NCBI GenBank assembly: GCA_041742355.1
Contig: JBGSIV010000299.1
Span: 1-64,000, forward strand
Reading direction: 5' to 3'
Length of the DNA stretch: 64,000 nucleotides
Source of the DNA: Candidatus Zixiibacteriota bacterium
GTDB lineage: Bacteria; Zixibacteria; MSB-5A5; GN15; FEB-12
Made by a program: the position numbers and the translations under genes. Position 1 is the stretch's first letter. Each line of letters starts with the position of its first letter. Shown one piece after another: positions 49,660 through 61,600 of the stretch. Under the pieces are notes generated by a model. It did not search any database, was not told where the DNA came from, and saw nothing but the letters and a program-made list of their open reading frames with translations.

Positions 49660-52332
49660 CTACCGCTCCTTCAATTCCTCCAGCCAATTCTGCACAACCA
49701 CGAACTCGGCCGTTCCGCTCCGGCTCTCAGTCGTGATAATCAGGAATTCCAGACCATCCTTGCTGACCTGGTAAGAGGCGTGTGAAGCGCTGGCCTCGAA
49801 GTAATACGGCCGGTTGAACAGGATCTTCGGCTGGCCGAAACTCAGCCCACCTTCCAGATTGACCGGCACCGCCAGAAAATCGCTCTCGTAATTGACGAAG
49901 AACAGCTCCTTGCCGTCGGCCCGCCACTGGGGCATACGTCCCCGGTTGGATGACACCTGCCACTTTCCTCCGGTCGGACTCAGTTCCCGCACGTAAATCT
50001 CGGGACGACCTGATTCGTTGCAGGTGTAGGCGAGGTACCGGCCGTTGGGCGAGAGCGTCGCCCAGCGTTCAAAGAATTGCGAGGTCAGCAGAGGTTCGAT
50101 CGCGCCACTTTCAAGATCGACCCGGTGGATATCGGCCCCTCCTGTGGCGCTCATAACGATCATCGTTTTGCCGTCGGTCGATAATGACTGCGTCAGTACT
50201 CCCATCGAGTCGTTCACCGTAATCCGCTGATCATCGCCGATGCCGTTGGCCTGACGCCGGTACAGATCCCAGCCGTTGCTGTTAGTGCCTCCCCTGCGGT
50301 TCGACGTGAAGTAGATGCTGGCTCCGTCCGGGTTCCACACCGGCCAGGCATCGATTCCCGGATCAAATGTGAGCCGCGACGAGACATCCCGCTCCAAGTC
50401 GCGCACCCATATATCCGCTGTCGTCAGGTTTTCCCCCGTGACGTCATAGGCGAGTCGCTTGCCGTCGGGGGAGAGGGCGATGTTCTCGTACCGCTCGGGG
50501 GCACCGATACGCCGGAGTTCCTTGCCGTCGCGGTCGCACACGACAATCTCCCTCGCCGACTCCGCGGTTCCGCGCAGATACACGAGCTGGCCCCCGTCCG
50601 AGACGCTGAACAACGCGCGCTCGCTCGCTGAAGTTACGTCGTTGGCCACCGGGATCGGATCCCCGGTGAATTCGAGCTTATCGGCGTCAAACGGATGCGC
50701 CACGAGGATCTTGTCCTTGCGGTAGAGGATGTGCCCGCTTGGATGGTACACGGCCCGCGAATCGGAAATCCCCAGCTTCTTCGTCTCCTCCGACTCGATG
50801 TTGCCGACCATCAGGAGCGTCTCGTCGCCAGCACTAACTGAATCGGAAAACGAAAGGAAGAGAAAATGCTTTCCATCGGGCATGAATGAGGGCCACGAGT
50901 GGCCCGTTTCGCCGCCCGCCCGATTGATGACTGTGGCAAATGTCACCGGCCCGCCTGCCGCCGGTACCTGGCAGATGGAGTCGGCAAAAGCTCCGTCAAA
51001 CAGGATGATCCCGCTGCTTCCCCAGGTACCGTCGGCGCCGCGCTGAGCCTCGCAGATGAACTGCGTCGGCCCGCCGCCCACCGGGATCCGCTTGAGCTGA
51101 TTCCTATTATCGAAGAAGGCAAGATACTTGCTGTCGGGCGACCAGAACGGTCGTCGGGATTCTTCCGTTCCCACCAGCGGATACGGATCGAGCGAATTGA
51201 TCGGCCGCACCCAGATCATAAATGTGCCCGCGGTGTCGCGCGCCTGAAATGCCAGCGTTTTGCCGTCGGGCGAGATCAGCGGCCAAGTTACCGAGGCGAA
51301 ACGCGCGTCCTGTCCGATCGCAAACCGGGCCACCGGTTTTTCGGGCGCCGGCTGCATAAACAGCATCCACGCCATCGCGGCGGTGGCCACCGCCAGAACG
51401 CCCGCCGCGGCCCACAACACCCGCTCGCGCGCCTTGCGACGCACCGACACCTGCAAGGGGACGCCTACCTGCGACCCTCCCTCGTTTATCCACAACAGCG
51501 CCCGCTTCAGGTCGCCGGCCGTGTGCCAGCGGTGTTCCGGGTCCTTCTCGAGGCATTGACGAATGACCCGTTCGAGCATGGGGGGAGACAGCGGCTGGGT
51601 GTCAATAATCGGCCGTGGCTGTTCCTTGATAATCGATGCAATCAGGCTGGCCTGGCTGTTCCCCTCGAATGCCCGCCGTCCGGTGATCATCTCATAGAGA
51701 ATCGCCCCGAAGGCAAAGATGTCGCTGCGGGCGTCGGCCTCTTTCCCTTCGAGCTGCTCCGGGGCCATGTACTGCAGTGTCCCGATAATCGCCCCCTCGC
51801 CGGTCAGGGGCGTGGTCCGGGTGATCCCGCTGACACCCTGCACTACGCCCGCCACCTCCTGCAGTTTGGCGAGACCGAAATCGAGCAGCTTGGCCCCTCC
51901 CTTGGTCAGCATAATATTCCCCGGCTTGAGATCCCGATGGACCAGTCCCTGACGGTGCGCCTTATCCAGCGCCTCCGCAATCTGCATGGCAATCGCCAGC
52001 AGTTCTGGCACCGGGAGCGGCCCCTTGAGCAGTCGGTTCGCGAGCGACTCCCCTTCGAGGTACTCCATCACGAGGTAGTCGACGCCCTCGTGGTGGCCAA
52101 TGTCGTGGAGTGTGCAGATATTGGGGTGGTTCAGGCTCGAGATCGCTTTTGCCTCCCGCTCGAACCGGAGCTTCATGTCCGGATCGCTGGCAACCTGTGC
52201 CGGGAGGATCTTGATTGCGACGGTGCGATCCAGCCGCACATCCTTTGCCTTGTACACCTCGCCCATGCCTCCCGCGCCGGCCGGGGATTCGATACGATAG
52301 GGACCTAACTGCGTTCCACTGGGAAGAGCCAC
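49660..52332 (-). CDS. Hanks-type Ser/Thr kinase with TM helix and TolB-like (PD40) beta-propellers
   Basis: [29 protein letters not shown]; repeated WSPD/SPDG units. GTG start at 52332 with AGGAG RBS. Confidence 0.93.
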   Translation of the reverse strand: MALPSGTQLGPYRIESPAGAGGMGEVYKAKDVRLDRTVAIKILPAQVASDPDMKLRFEREAKAISSLNHPNICTLHDIGHHEGVDYLVMEYLEGESLANRLLKGPLPVPELLAIAMQIAEALDKAHRQGLVHRDLKPGNIMLTKGGAKLLDFGLAKLQEVAGVVQGVSGITRTTPLTGEGAIIGTLQYMAPEQLEGKEADARSDIFAFGAILYEMITGRRAFEGNSQASLIASIIKEQPRPIIDTQPLSPPMLERVIRQCLEKDPEHRWHTAGDLKRALLWINEGGSQVGVPLQVSVRRKARERVLWAAAGVLAVATAAMAWMLFMQPAPEKPVARFAIGQDARFASVTWPLISPDGKTLAFQARDTAGTFMIWVRPINSLDPYPLVGTEESRRPFWSPDSKYLAFFDNRNQLKRIPVGGGPTQFICEAQRGADGTWGSSGIILFDGAFADSICQVPAAGGPVTFATVINRAGGETGHSWPSFMPDGKHFLFLSFSDSVSAGDETLLMVGNIESEETKKLGISDSRAVYHPSGHILYRKDKILVAHPFDADKLEFTGDPIPVANDVTSASERALFSVSDGGQLVYLRGTAESAREIVVCDRDGKELRRIGAPERYENIALSPDGKRLAYDVTGENLTTADIWVRDLERDVSSRLTFDPGIDAWPVWNPDGASIYFTSNRRGGTNSNGWDLYRRQANGIGDDQRITVNDSMGVLTQSLSTDGKTMIVMSATGGADIHRVDLESGAIEPLLTSQFFERWATLSPNGRYLAYTCNESGRPEIYVRELSPTGGKWQVSSNRGRMPQWRADGKELFFVNYESDFLAVPVNLEGGLSFGQPKILFNRPYYFEASASHASYQVSKDGLEFLIITTESRSGTAEFVVVQNWLEELKER

Positions 52333-52763
52333 GTTTATTCTCCTAAAATGTGGTTGGGCCGTTCGAATCGGCCACCGGGGGCGCACTGCGCGTCTGTGTA
52401 AGATCGACAAATTTGATCCAATTAGCAAGGAAAACCCTCCGGTTGAGGGTTTGGTCCCGGCAACCACAATGTAACATCATGCTGGTTTCGCTGATCTGCT
52501 GCCAGGCTGGCCCTGCTGTTCATTTTTGGCGCAGAATTGGCCAGATCCTGACAAATCATAGACACCGTCATCGACAACAGGCCCGGCCCCCTGCAGGTAC
52601 TCCCCGCCGTAATCCGATAGTATCCCTACCGATTCTGTAATCAGGTCGTGATGAAAAAGGGGACCCAGACCAGGCCGCCGCGGCAGTCCTTCCGCGACAG
52701 GCCGGGTGATAATGACAGGCTGATTCATAACCACTACCTATAACCAGGACCAGGGGATACGTT

Positions 52764-54218
52764 ATGTTCAAAGTCATCATCTTCGTGCTCTCGCTGCTGC
52801 TGCTGGGACAGGCCCAGGTTGCGGCACAGGACTTCAAAGCTCTGCTGGATGCAGTAGACAAAGTAGCTGCCGACTTGAAGACGCTCGTGGCGAAAGAAGC
52901 GCAGACGCGGCAGCAGGAGCTGCAGTCGGTGCGAAAAGATATCGACCAGCTGAAGACGGCCCCCGGTGCAGGATCGGCCGATCCGACGGTGGCCGCCCTG
53001 GCTGCCGAGGTTCAGGCGCTGAAGGCTGAAGTGCAACGCCTCTCCTCTCAGCCGACATCGGCTCCGGCCAACAGCGACCAACTGGCCGCTCTGACCGGCG
53101 AGATCACCGCGTTGAAGGCCGACCTGAGCGCCCTGCGCGCCAGTACGGAAGAGAACCAGAAGATGCTGGTGTCACTCGACGAAGAGGGATTCTACGTACC
53201 CGAAGAGCAGAACCAGATGCTCGAACAGATTTACCAGCGCCTCGGCTCTATCAATGAGCAAATGGCCGGGCTGAAATCCACCACCAGCTCCTCCACCACC
53301 TCCGGCACGACCAATCCGGCGATCATCAGCAAGGGGAAGATCTCCGTCTACGGTTTGGTGCACGAGCACTTCACCGATCAAACCAACGAACGTTCCACCT
53401 TCACTGCCAAGCGGGCTCAATTCGGTCTGCTCGGCGAACTCAACCGGTATGCTCAGATCAAGATAATCGCCGATCTGGCCGGCACGCCGTCGCTGCAGGA
53501 TGGCGAACTGACGGTCTCCCCACACAAGCGGTGGTCGCTGACTGTCGGTCAATTCAAGACTCCCTTCGGGACCGACTTCCTCACCGGCACGCCCGTGCTG
53601 CCATTTGTCAACGTCGCTATGGCCACCGGCCTTGGCCCTAGCAGGGACATCGGCGCCAGCCTCTCATTCCGCACGCCGCTGGGGGCCGCCCACAGCCTCA
53701 AACTGACCACCGGTATCTTCAACGGCTCAGGCATCAACACGACCGATGCGAACGCCCATAAGAATTTTGTCTTTCGAAGTGAGCTGTCCCTCTTCAAGAT
53801 GTTCACGTTCGCACCAAATGTCCTCGCGGGCAAGACCAATGCCGCCGACAGCGCAGCCCTCGACCTGACCACCTACGGCGCCTCGCTCGGCTGGCAGCGC
53901 GCCCGCACCCAGGTGATCGGCGAGTACACCTACTCGACCGTGGGTGACCAGGACAAAGCCGGCTGGTATCTCTGGGCGTCCCAGGGTGTCGCCACCGGCT
54001 GGCAGTTCCTGCCCGTGGTGGAATTTCTCACCCGGTTCGAACAGCTCGACCCGAATCGTGCCGTCGCCGAGAACACGCTTTCGCGGCTGACCTTTGGGAC
54101 CAATCTGCTCGTTGACGGCAAGTACACCAAACTCCAGATCAACTATGAACTCGACGACGATGGGGAAGGGCTCGGCCAACAGAACCGCTTGGCTATGAAC
54201 CTGCAGGCCAGTTTCTAA
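52764..54218 (+). CDS. Outer-membrane porin (OprO/P-like) with N-terminal coiled coil
   Basis: Signal peptide, heptad-rich region, [26 protein letters not shown], terminal Phe. Confidence 0.75.
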   Translation: MFKVIIFVLSLLLLGQAQVAAQDFKALLDAVDKVAADLKTLVAKEAQTRQQELQSVRKDIDQLKTAPGAGSADPTVAALAAEVQALKAEVQRLSSQPTSAPANSDQLAALTGEITALKADLSALRASTEENQKMLVSLDEEGFYVPEEQNQMLEQIYQRLGSINEQMAGLKSTTSSSTTSGTTNPAIISKGKISVYGLVHEHFTDQTNERSTFTAKRAQFGLLGELNRYAQIKIIADLAGTPSLQDGELTVSPHKRWSLTVGQFKTPFGTDFLTGTPVLPFVNVAMATGLGPSRDIGASLSFRTPLGAAHSLKLTTGIFNGSGINTTDANAHKNFVFRSELSLFKMFTFAPNVLAGKTNAADSAALDLTTYGASLGWQRARTQVIGEYTYSTVGDQDKAGWYLWASQGVATGWQFLPVVEFLTRFEQLDPNRAVAENTLSRLTFGTNLLVDGKYTKLQINYELDDDGEGLGQQNRLAMNLQASF

Positions 54219-54276
54219 TACACGGGACACTGATGACATCGTAGAGAAGAAACAACAAGGAGAAAGGGAGATACGG

Positions 54277-56256
54277 ATGGGGTGGAGAGACTTGAAGGTA
54301 GGCACGAAGCTGTTCGTCGGCTTCGGTGTCCTGTTGCTGCTAACCACGGCCGTCGGCCTGGTTTCATACAAGGGATTTCATGATGTCTCCAGCTTGAGCG
54401 CCAGTGCGGATCAGGCCAACGGTATCGTCCGCGGCGTAAACGACTGTGCGGTCGCGCGCCGCGACTTCTACTTGACCAGCGACTCGAAATTCGACGAGAA
54501 GATTCAGACGACTGTCCAGAAGATCGAGCAGCAAATCGACTCACTTGTGAGCAACGTCGAGGATTCCAAGGACCAGGCGACGCTCGAGTCGTTGCGCAAG
54601 GAACTGCATGCCTATCGCGACGGCTTCAAGGACTATGCCAAGCACGCGTACGAGCAGTTCAGGCTCGATGAGGACATGGTCGCCGCCGGTCGCAAGGTGT
54701 TGGCGGCCGCAAAAGAACTCGGCGGACTCGAGGGCTACCGGGTGGAGTCCCGCATTCGCCAGTGCCGCCAGGCCGAGAAGAACTATATTCTCCGCGATGA
54801 CGAGAAGTACGTCGAGGAGATCAATAGGACGGCCGAACAAATGCTCGCTGACCTGCTCGTTATGCGTGCCGGTTCCTCAAGCGGCACAGTCGCCGAGATC
54901 ACCAGTGGCGTCCAGGAGTACCTGACCGCCTTCAAGGAGTACTACGCACAGCGTGAGGAGCAGCAGAAGGGAGGCGAGACGCTCAAGGTTCAGGCCGCCA
55001 AGGTGGTCGAGAGCTCGGACCTCATCTGGTCGAGCATCCATGAGAAAGTAAATCAGGCCGAATCGACCGCCGTATCTCTATCGATCGCGTTTGTTCTCTG
55101 CGCCGTGTTCCTCGGTATCGCCATAGCCTGGATCATCGCCCGCACCATCTCCCGGTCGGTGGTCGAAATGACCCGTATCGCCGAAGCCATCGCCCACGGA
55201 CACATCGATCATACGATCGAGATTCGGTCCAACGACGAAATCGGCTTACTGGCCAAATCGTTCCAGGAACTGATCGCCTATATGAAGAACCTAGCCGGTG
55301 CGGCGGAGCGGATAGCGGCCAACGACCTGACGGTGGCGGTACAGCCGCGCTCGGAGCGGGATGTCCTGGGCATCGCCTTTAAGACCATGGTCCAGAACCT
55401 GACCGGCATGATCCGGCAGCTTTCCGACAACGCCCGGGAGCTGGTCAGCGCGGCGACCGAGATCTCCAGTTCGGCCGAGCAGATCAGCAAAGGCAGCAAG
55501 GAGCAGTCCGACCAGGTCAACCAGGTCTCCACGGCGGTCGAGGAGATGACGGCGACCATCCTGGAGAGCAGCCGCAACGCCGGGGACGCCTCCGGCACGG
55601 CCCAGGGGGCCTCCCAGACGGCGCTGTCGGGCGGGCAGCTGGTGACCGACACCATCCACGGCATGCAGACCATTGCCCAGGTGGTGCGCGAGTCGGCCGA
55701 CTCGATCGGGAAACTGGCCAGCTCGGCCGACCAGATCGGGGAGATCATCGGGGTGATCGACGACATCGCCGACCAGACCAACCTCCTGGCTTTAAACGCG
55801 GCTATCGAAGCGGCCCGGGCCGGGGAGCAGGGGCGGGGCTTTGCCGTGGTGGCCGACGAGGTCAGAAAGCTGGCCGAGCGGACGGGCAAGGCGACCGGGG
55901 AGATCACCGAGATGATCAAGGGGATCCAGAAGCAGACGGCCGAGGCGGTCTCGTCGATGCAGTCGGGTATCAGCGAGGTGGACAAGGGGCGCAGCCTGGC
56001 CGACAAGGCGGGCTCGAGCTTAAGCGAGATCGTGACCATGGCCCAGAAGGTGACCGAGATGGTGGCCCAGATGGCCAAGGCCAGCGAAGAACAGTCCAGC
56101 GCGGCCGAGCAGATTTCCCGGTCGATGGAGCACATCAGTTCGGTGACGCGGGAATCGGCCACCGGGGCGGAGCAGGCGGCCACCGCGGCCGAGGAGCTCA
56201 ACCGCCAGGCCGAGGGCCTGCAGAACATGGTCACCAAGTTCAAAGTAAACGCCTGA
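54277..56256 (+). CDS. Methyl-accepting chemotaxis protein
   Basis: Two TM helices, helical periplasmic domain, HAMPs, [38 protein letters not shown]. Confidence 0.96.
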   Translation: MGWRDLKVGTKLFVGFGVLLLLTTAVGLVSYKGFHDVSSLSASADQANGIVRGVNDCAVARRDFYLTSDSKFDEKIQTTVQKIEQQIDSLVSNVEDSKDQATLESLRKELHAYRDGFKDYAKHAYEQFRLDEDMVAAGRKVLAAAKELGGLEGYRVESRIRQCRQAEKNYILRDDEKYVEEINRTAEQMLADLLVMRAGSSSGTVAEITSGVQEYLTAFKEYYAQREEQQKGGETLKVQAAKVVESSDLIWSSIHEKVNQAESTAVSLSIAFVLCAVFLGIAIAWIIARTISRSVVEMTRIAEAIAHGHIDHTIEIRSNDEIGLLAKSFQELIAYMKNLAGAAERIAANDLTVAVQPRSERDVLGIAFKTMVQNLTGMIRQLSDNARELVSAATEISSSAEQISKGSKEQSDQVNQVSTAVEEMTATILESSRNAGDASGTAQGASQTALSGGQLVTDTIHGMQTIAQVVRESADSIGKLASSADQIGEIIGVIDDIADQTNLLALNAAIEAARAGEQGRGFAVVADEVRKLAERTGKATGEITEMIKGIQKQTAEAVSSMQSGISEVDKGRSLADKAGSSLSEIVTMAQKVTEMVAQMAKASEEQSSAAEQISRSMEHISSVTRESATGAEQAATAAEELNRQAEGLQNMVTKFKVNA

Positions 56257-56283
56257 GCATAGATTCACTGCCGGCGTTGATAC

Positions 56284-56317
56284 TTGGGCGGGGAGAGCAC
56301 CCCCGCCCGATTTTTTA
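56284..56317 (+). terminator. Rho-independent terminator
   Basis: GGGCGGGG...CCCCGCCC stem followed by TTTTTT. Confidence 0.75.
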
Positions 56318-56390
56318 GCTTACAGTCCCCCCGATCTGTATCGTATCTTTGTATTCCACTGCATGCGGGAAACCTGAACAGGAGTAGGCT

Positions 56391-56813
56391 ATGCCTGTCA
56401 TGACCGTCGACCAGTTCTCGTTTCGGCTGGCCACGCTCTGCCTTCAGAGCGGAGGTATCGATCTGCCCCGAAGGCAACTGGATCGGCACGTTCTCTTCCG
56501 GAGCATCGTGCAGACACTCGATCCCTCCAGGACTTACACCGAGAACGAACTCAACCTGGCAATCGAGGCCTGGCTCTCCGAAGTCGGACAGAATATCCAC
56601 ATCGACCACGTTACCCTTCGGAGGCACCTGGTGGACGAGCGGTACCTCAAGCGAGATGCAGCCGGCGCTGCTTACCGGCTTTTCCAGTGGCAGAGGGAAG
56701 ACCTCTTTGACCCGGCGGTCAGTGGTCTGGATCCGGGCCGGGTCGTTCGGGAGGCTATTGAAACGAGAGAACAGCAGAAGAAACGGTACGAAGCGCCCCC
56801 TGACACCGCCTGA
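56391..56813 (+). CDS. DUF2087-like winged-helix protein
   Basis: YTENELN...DHVTLRRHLVDERYLKRD...Y; AGGAG RBS. Confidence 0.75.
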   Translation: MPVMTVDQFSFRLATLCLQSGGIDLPRRQLDRHVLFRSIVQTLDPSRTYTENELNLAIEAWLSEVGQNIHIDHVTLRRHLVDERYLKRDAAGAAYRLFQWQREDLFDPAVSGLDPGRVVREAIETREQQKKRYEAPPDTA

Positions 56814-56891
56814 CTTCCGTAGGATCTGCCTGAAGTCAGGGGGAATTTCACCCCGAAGTCCACGAATATTGTGATTTTTGTACGAGATTAC

Positions 56892-56942
56892 TTGACAGTT
56901 TTCCGAGCACCCCTATATTCTGTCTTGTGAAAAAAGTAACAA
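56892..56942 (+). promoter_or_regulatory. sigma70 promoter of gdh with a Rex-like box
   Basis: TTGACA 56892-56897, TATATT 56914-56919, TTGTGAA-aaaa-GTAACAA 56925-56942. Confidence 0.55.
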
Positions 56943-57098
56943 AGCCGACTAAACCGGCAATTAAAGATAGTTGAAATCTTGTTTTACGGTTCATTACTTG
57001 TACCAACAAACGCGACTCCGTTGCGGCCTGCTCTCCCGACGCAAACTGCGAAGGGAACTGACCCAACGCCGCGGCATTAGTGATGTGAGGATTCAGTC

Positions 57099-58385
57099 AT
57101 GAGTAAAGGGTCATTCAATCCATTCTTGATGGCTCAGACACAGTTCGACGGCGTAGCCGACATCCTGCAGTTGGATGGCGCTACCCGCGATCTGCTCCGC
57201 AACCCGTTAAGAGAATACCAGTTCAGTATTCCCGTCCGGATGGACGACGGATCGGTGAAGGTTTTCCGCGGTTTCCGCGTCCAGCATAACGACTCGCGCG
57301 GTCCCTGCAAGGGTGGCATTCGCTTCCACCCGCAGGAGACGATAGACACCGTGCGCGCCCTCGCCATGTGGATGACCTGGAAGTGCGCCGTGGTTGACAT
57401 CCCGCTCGGCGGCGGCAAGGGCGGCGTGATCTGCGATCCGCACAACCTGAGCCAGCGCGAACAGGAGTCCATTTGTCGCGGCTGGGTCCGTCAGTTGGCG
57501 AGGAACGTCGGCCCGATCGCCGATGTCCCGGCGCCGGACGTCATGACCAGCCCGCAACACATGCTCTGGATGCTCGATGAGTACGAACACATCCACGGCG
57601 GCAAGTACCCCGGCTTCATCACCGGCAAACCGGTGGGCATGGGCGGATCTCTGGGCCGTACCGAAGCGACCGGCTTCGGCGTTGTGTACACCGTCCGCGA
57701 AGCCCTCAAGCAGCTCTCTATTCGCCCGGGCGACACTATCGCCAGCGTCCAGGGTTTCGGCAACGTCGCTCAGTACGCCATCAAGCTGTACCAGGAACTC
57801 GGCGGCAAGGTTATCTGTGTCTCGTGCTGGGATCAGAACGACCAGACCTCGTACACGTTCCGCAAGAAGACCGGCGTTAACCTTGAGCAGTTGCTCGGGA
57901 TCACCGATCGGTTCGGCGGCATCGACAAGAACAAAGCCCGCGACCTTGGGTACGAAGTTCTGCCTGGAGATGCGTGGATCGAGCAGGAGGTTGACATCCT
58001 CTTCCCGTCGGCCATCGAAAACCAGATCACGGGCGAAAACGTCGAGAAGATCTCGCAGCGGGTGCGGGTCATCGCCGAGGGCGCCAATGGTCCGACGACA
58101 CCGGAAGCCGACCGCGTTATCTCCAAGCGCGGCATCTTCATAATTCCCGACTTCCTGGCCAACGCCGGCGGCGTTACCTGCAGCTACTTCGAGCAGGTCC
58201 AGTCCAACATGAACTACTTCTGGGAGAAGCCCGAAGTGCTCGACAAGCTGGACACCAAGATGACCTCGGCCTTCCTCGCGGTGAGCGATCTCGCCTGCCG
58301 CAAGAACCTGTACATGCGCGATGCCGCGTACGTTATCGCGGTCGGACGTGTGGCGCAGGCCTGCCGGGATCGCGGCTGGGTGTAA
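57099..58385 (+). CDS. gdhA: Glutamate dehydrogenase (Glu/Leu/Phe/Val family)
   Basis: GPCKGGIRFHP, MTWKCA, GGGKGG, DVPAPD, ITGKP, QGFGNVA, EGANGP, PDFLANAGGV. Confidence 0.93.
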   Translation: MSKGSFNPFLMAQTQFDGVADILQLDGATRDLLRNPLREYQFSIPVRMDDGSVKVFRGFRVQHNDSRGPCKGGIRFHPQETIDTVRALAMWMTWKCAVVDIPLGGGKGGVICDPHNLSQREQESICRGWVRQLARNVGPIADVPAPDVMTSPQHMLWMLDEYEHIHGGKYPGFITGKPVGMGGSLGRTEATGFGVVYTVREALKQLSIRPGDTIASVQGFGNVAQYAIKLYQELGGKVICVSCWDQNDQTSYTFRKKTGVNLEQLLGITDRFGGIDKNKARDLGYEVLPGDAWIEQEVDILFPSAIENQITGENVEKISQRVRVIAEGANGPTTPEADRVISKRGIFIIPDFLANAGGVTCSYFEQVQSNMNYFWEKPEVLDKLDTKMTSAFLAVSDLACRKNLYMRDAAYVIAVGRVAQACRDRGWV

Positions 58386-58612
58386 TACCCCTTCGATCCG
58401 GCCTTTTCGAGAACTGACTATCGGCCGTACGCCCCGCAGGCGTACGGCCGTTTCATTCTTGCATTCCCGTGGTCCCGCCGTGATATTGACGGTACAACAG
58501 GTACACGCCCCCCTGCACGGGGGCGCCAAGACAGTCGCCGTGTTTCTAAGGCGCAAGCAGATGCCGCAGAGCGACCGGCACGAAGCCGGGATCGCCGAGG
58601 AGAGCAGACGAT

Positions 58613-61600
58613 ATGGTTGACAAAGACCGACCCATGGGCGATTACTGGGCGCTCGACCGGCTCATCGACTCCCTGCAGGAGCGGGCCAAGGAACTTAACT
58701 GCATCTACCGCGTCGGCGCCATCCTCAGCAACCCCGACGAACCGATCGAGCGGGTCTGCCCGCGACTTATCGATGTCATTCCTTCCGGCTACCAGTACCC
58801 CCGCCTCTGCCAGGTCAAGATTATCCTCGAAGGCGACACCTACGCCTCTGCCGACTTCTCCGAGACCCCCTGGCTGCAAACGGCTGAGATCATGGTCCAG
58901 GACGTATCCATCGGCGAACTGACCGTTTGCTACCGCGAAGAGATCCCGGGCGCCAACCACGACACGTTTCTCAAGGACGAGAACAAGCTCCTGCAGACGA
59001 TCGCCGACCGGCTCGGTTATTTCATCTGCCATCAGAAAATGCGCAGCGTAACCCAGGAGTGGCAGTCGGTGAAACGCGAGGGGGGCGGGGTCGGTCGCCA
59101 CGACTGGCAGGTCGTCGTCAAGCTCCTGCGCGAGACCGACCGCGAGCTCTACCTCACGATCGCCCGCAAGATGCTCAACCATCTCTGCTGGAGCGGTATT
59201 ACCGAGGCCGAGGTGCTTCTGCAATCGTTCAGTTCCAACCAGTCGTCGGACTCCGAGGATACTCCCGAACACTGGAATCGCCCGCATCAGCGCAAACCGC
59301 TCGTCATGTCGGCCGCCTTCAGCTCGGCCGCTTTCAAGATCGCCTCGGAACATCTCGATGGCACCGAGATCCTGAAGCTCATCCAGAAGTGGATCCAGGA
59401 AGACAAGCTCAATTTCCTGGTCCAGGTGGTCAATCGCAACCTGTCCCTGCCCGAGGTGGCCGACGCCATCCGGCGCTTCCGCCACCTGACCCAGGACGAG
59501 CCGATGACGCTCTCTTCGAGCATGCGCGGGATACAGGTCTCCCTGATACGTCGTTTCCTCTCCGACCAGCAGCAGTACATCAATGTCGCCAAGAACTACA
59601 TTGAAGTCTCCGATTTCGCCGAACTGATCCAGAACATGATCTTTACGTCCGAAAGCCACGGACGTATCGGCGGCAAGAGCGCCGGATTCTACCTGGCCAA
59701 ACAGATCCTCCTGAAAAAGGCCCGGGAGAACGATCTCCTGGCCAACATTACGATCCCCAAGACCTGGTTCATTACGTCGGATATCCTTCTGCACTTTATG
59801 CACTACAACAACCTCGATGACGTCGTCGAGCAAAAGTACAAGGACATCGACCAGGTCCGCCGTGAGTATCCGCACATCGTGCAGTCGTTCAAGAGCGCCC
59901 GCTTCCCGGCGGATATCGTGAAAGGGCTGTCGATGGCGCTGGATGATTTTGGCGATCGACCGCTCATTGTCCGCAGTTCAAGTCTCCTGGAAGATCGTTT
60001 CGGCGCAGCCTTTTCCGGCAAGTACAAGAGCCTCTTTCTGGCCAACCGCGGCAGCAAGCAGCGCCGCCTTGAAGCGCTTATGGACGCGATCGCCGAGGTC
60101 TACGCCTCGACTTTCGGCCCCGACCCGATTGAGTATCGAGCCGAACGCGAACTGATCGACTTCGCCGAGGAAATGGGCATCATCATTCAGGAGGTCGTCG
60201 GCAGCCACATCGGCAAGTACTTCCTCCCCTCGTTCGCCGGTGTCGCTTTCAGCAACAACGAATTCCGCTGGTCGCCGCGCATCCAGCGCTCGGACGGCCT
60301 CATCCGGCTCGTTCCCGGCCTCGGGACCCGCGCGGTCGACCGTCTCAGCAACGACTACCCGGTGCTCATTGCACCCGGACAGCCCGGCCTCCGCGCTAAT
60401 GTCACGCCCGACGACGTTGTGCGCTATGCCCCCAAATACATCGATGTCATCAACCTCGAAGCCGAAGACTTCGAGACCATTGATCTCCTGGGCTTTCTCC
60501 GCGAAGTCGACTTCCAGGTCCCTTCGGTTCACCAAATGCTCTCCCTCTACCACGAGGGGCATCTGACCCTGCCCGGTATCACGACCGACTTTGGCAGCAC
60601 CACCCCGGTCGCGACGTTCGATGGCCTGATCAGCAGGACGCGTTTCGTCCGGCGCCTGCGCACTATCCTGCAGACCCTTGAAGAGACGCTTGTCACCCCG
60701 GTCGACATCGAATTCGCTTGCGATGGCGACGACTTCTACCTTCTGCAGTGCCGTGCCCAGAGCTACTCTCCAGAAAGCGCCCCGGCTCCGATTCCCAAAG
60801 ACATCCCGATGGAGCAGATCGTTTTCACCGCCCGGCGCTACGTCTCCAATGGCCGGGTTCCCGATGTTACCCACATTGTGTATGTCGATCCGCGCAAGTA
60901 CAACGAGATCGGGGAGCGCGCCGATCTGGTGTCGGTCGGACGGGCCGTGAGCCGCCTGAACAAACTCCTGCCGAAGCGTAAGTTCATCCTCATGGGCCCG
61001 GGGCGATGGGGCCGCCGCGGCGACATCAAGCTCGGCGTCAACGTGACCTACTCCGACATAAACAATTGCGCCGTGCTTATTGAGATTGCCATGCAGCACG
61101 GCCACTACGTCCCCGACCTGTCCTTCGGCACCCACTTTTTCCAGGATCTCGTCGAGGCGAACATCCGCTACCTGCCGCTCTTTCCCGATGACGAGCAGGT
61201 AGTCTTCAGCGAACGGTTCCTGACCCAGCAGCCGAACATGCTTCCGGAACTTCTGCCGGAGTACGGCTCCCTGGCCGATGTTCTCAAAGTCATCGACGTC
61301 CCGAAGTCGACGCGGGGAAGAGTCCTGCGCATCCTCATGAATGCCGATCTCGATGAAGCGGTCGGTCTCCTGGCCGCGCCCAACGAGGAGCTCGATACGC
61401 CCGTCTCCTACGTTGAGGCGCCTGTGCACCCGCGCGAGGACTACTGGCGCTGGCGCGTGCAGATGGCCGAACGTGTCGCCGCCCACGTCGATGCCGACCG
61501 TTTTGGCGTTGCCGGCCTGTACCTCATCGGCAGTGCCAAGAACGCCAACGCCGGCCCCGCCAGCGACATCGACATGCTGGTGCACTTCCGCGGAACGCCC

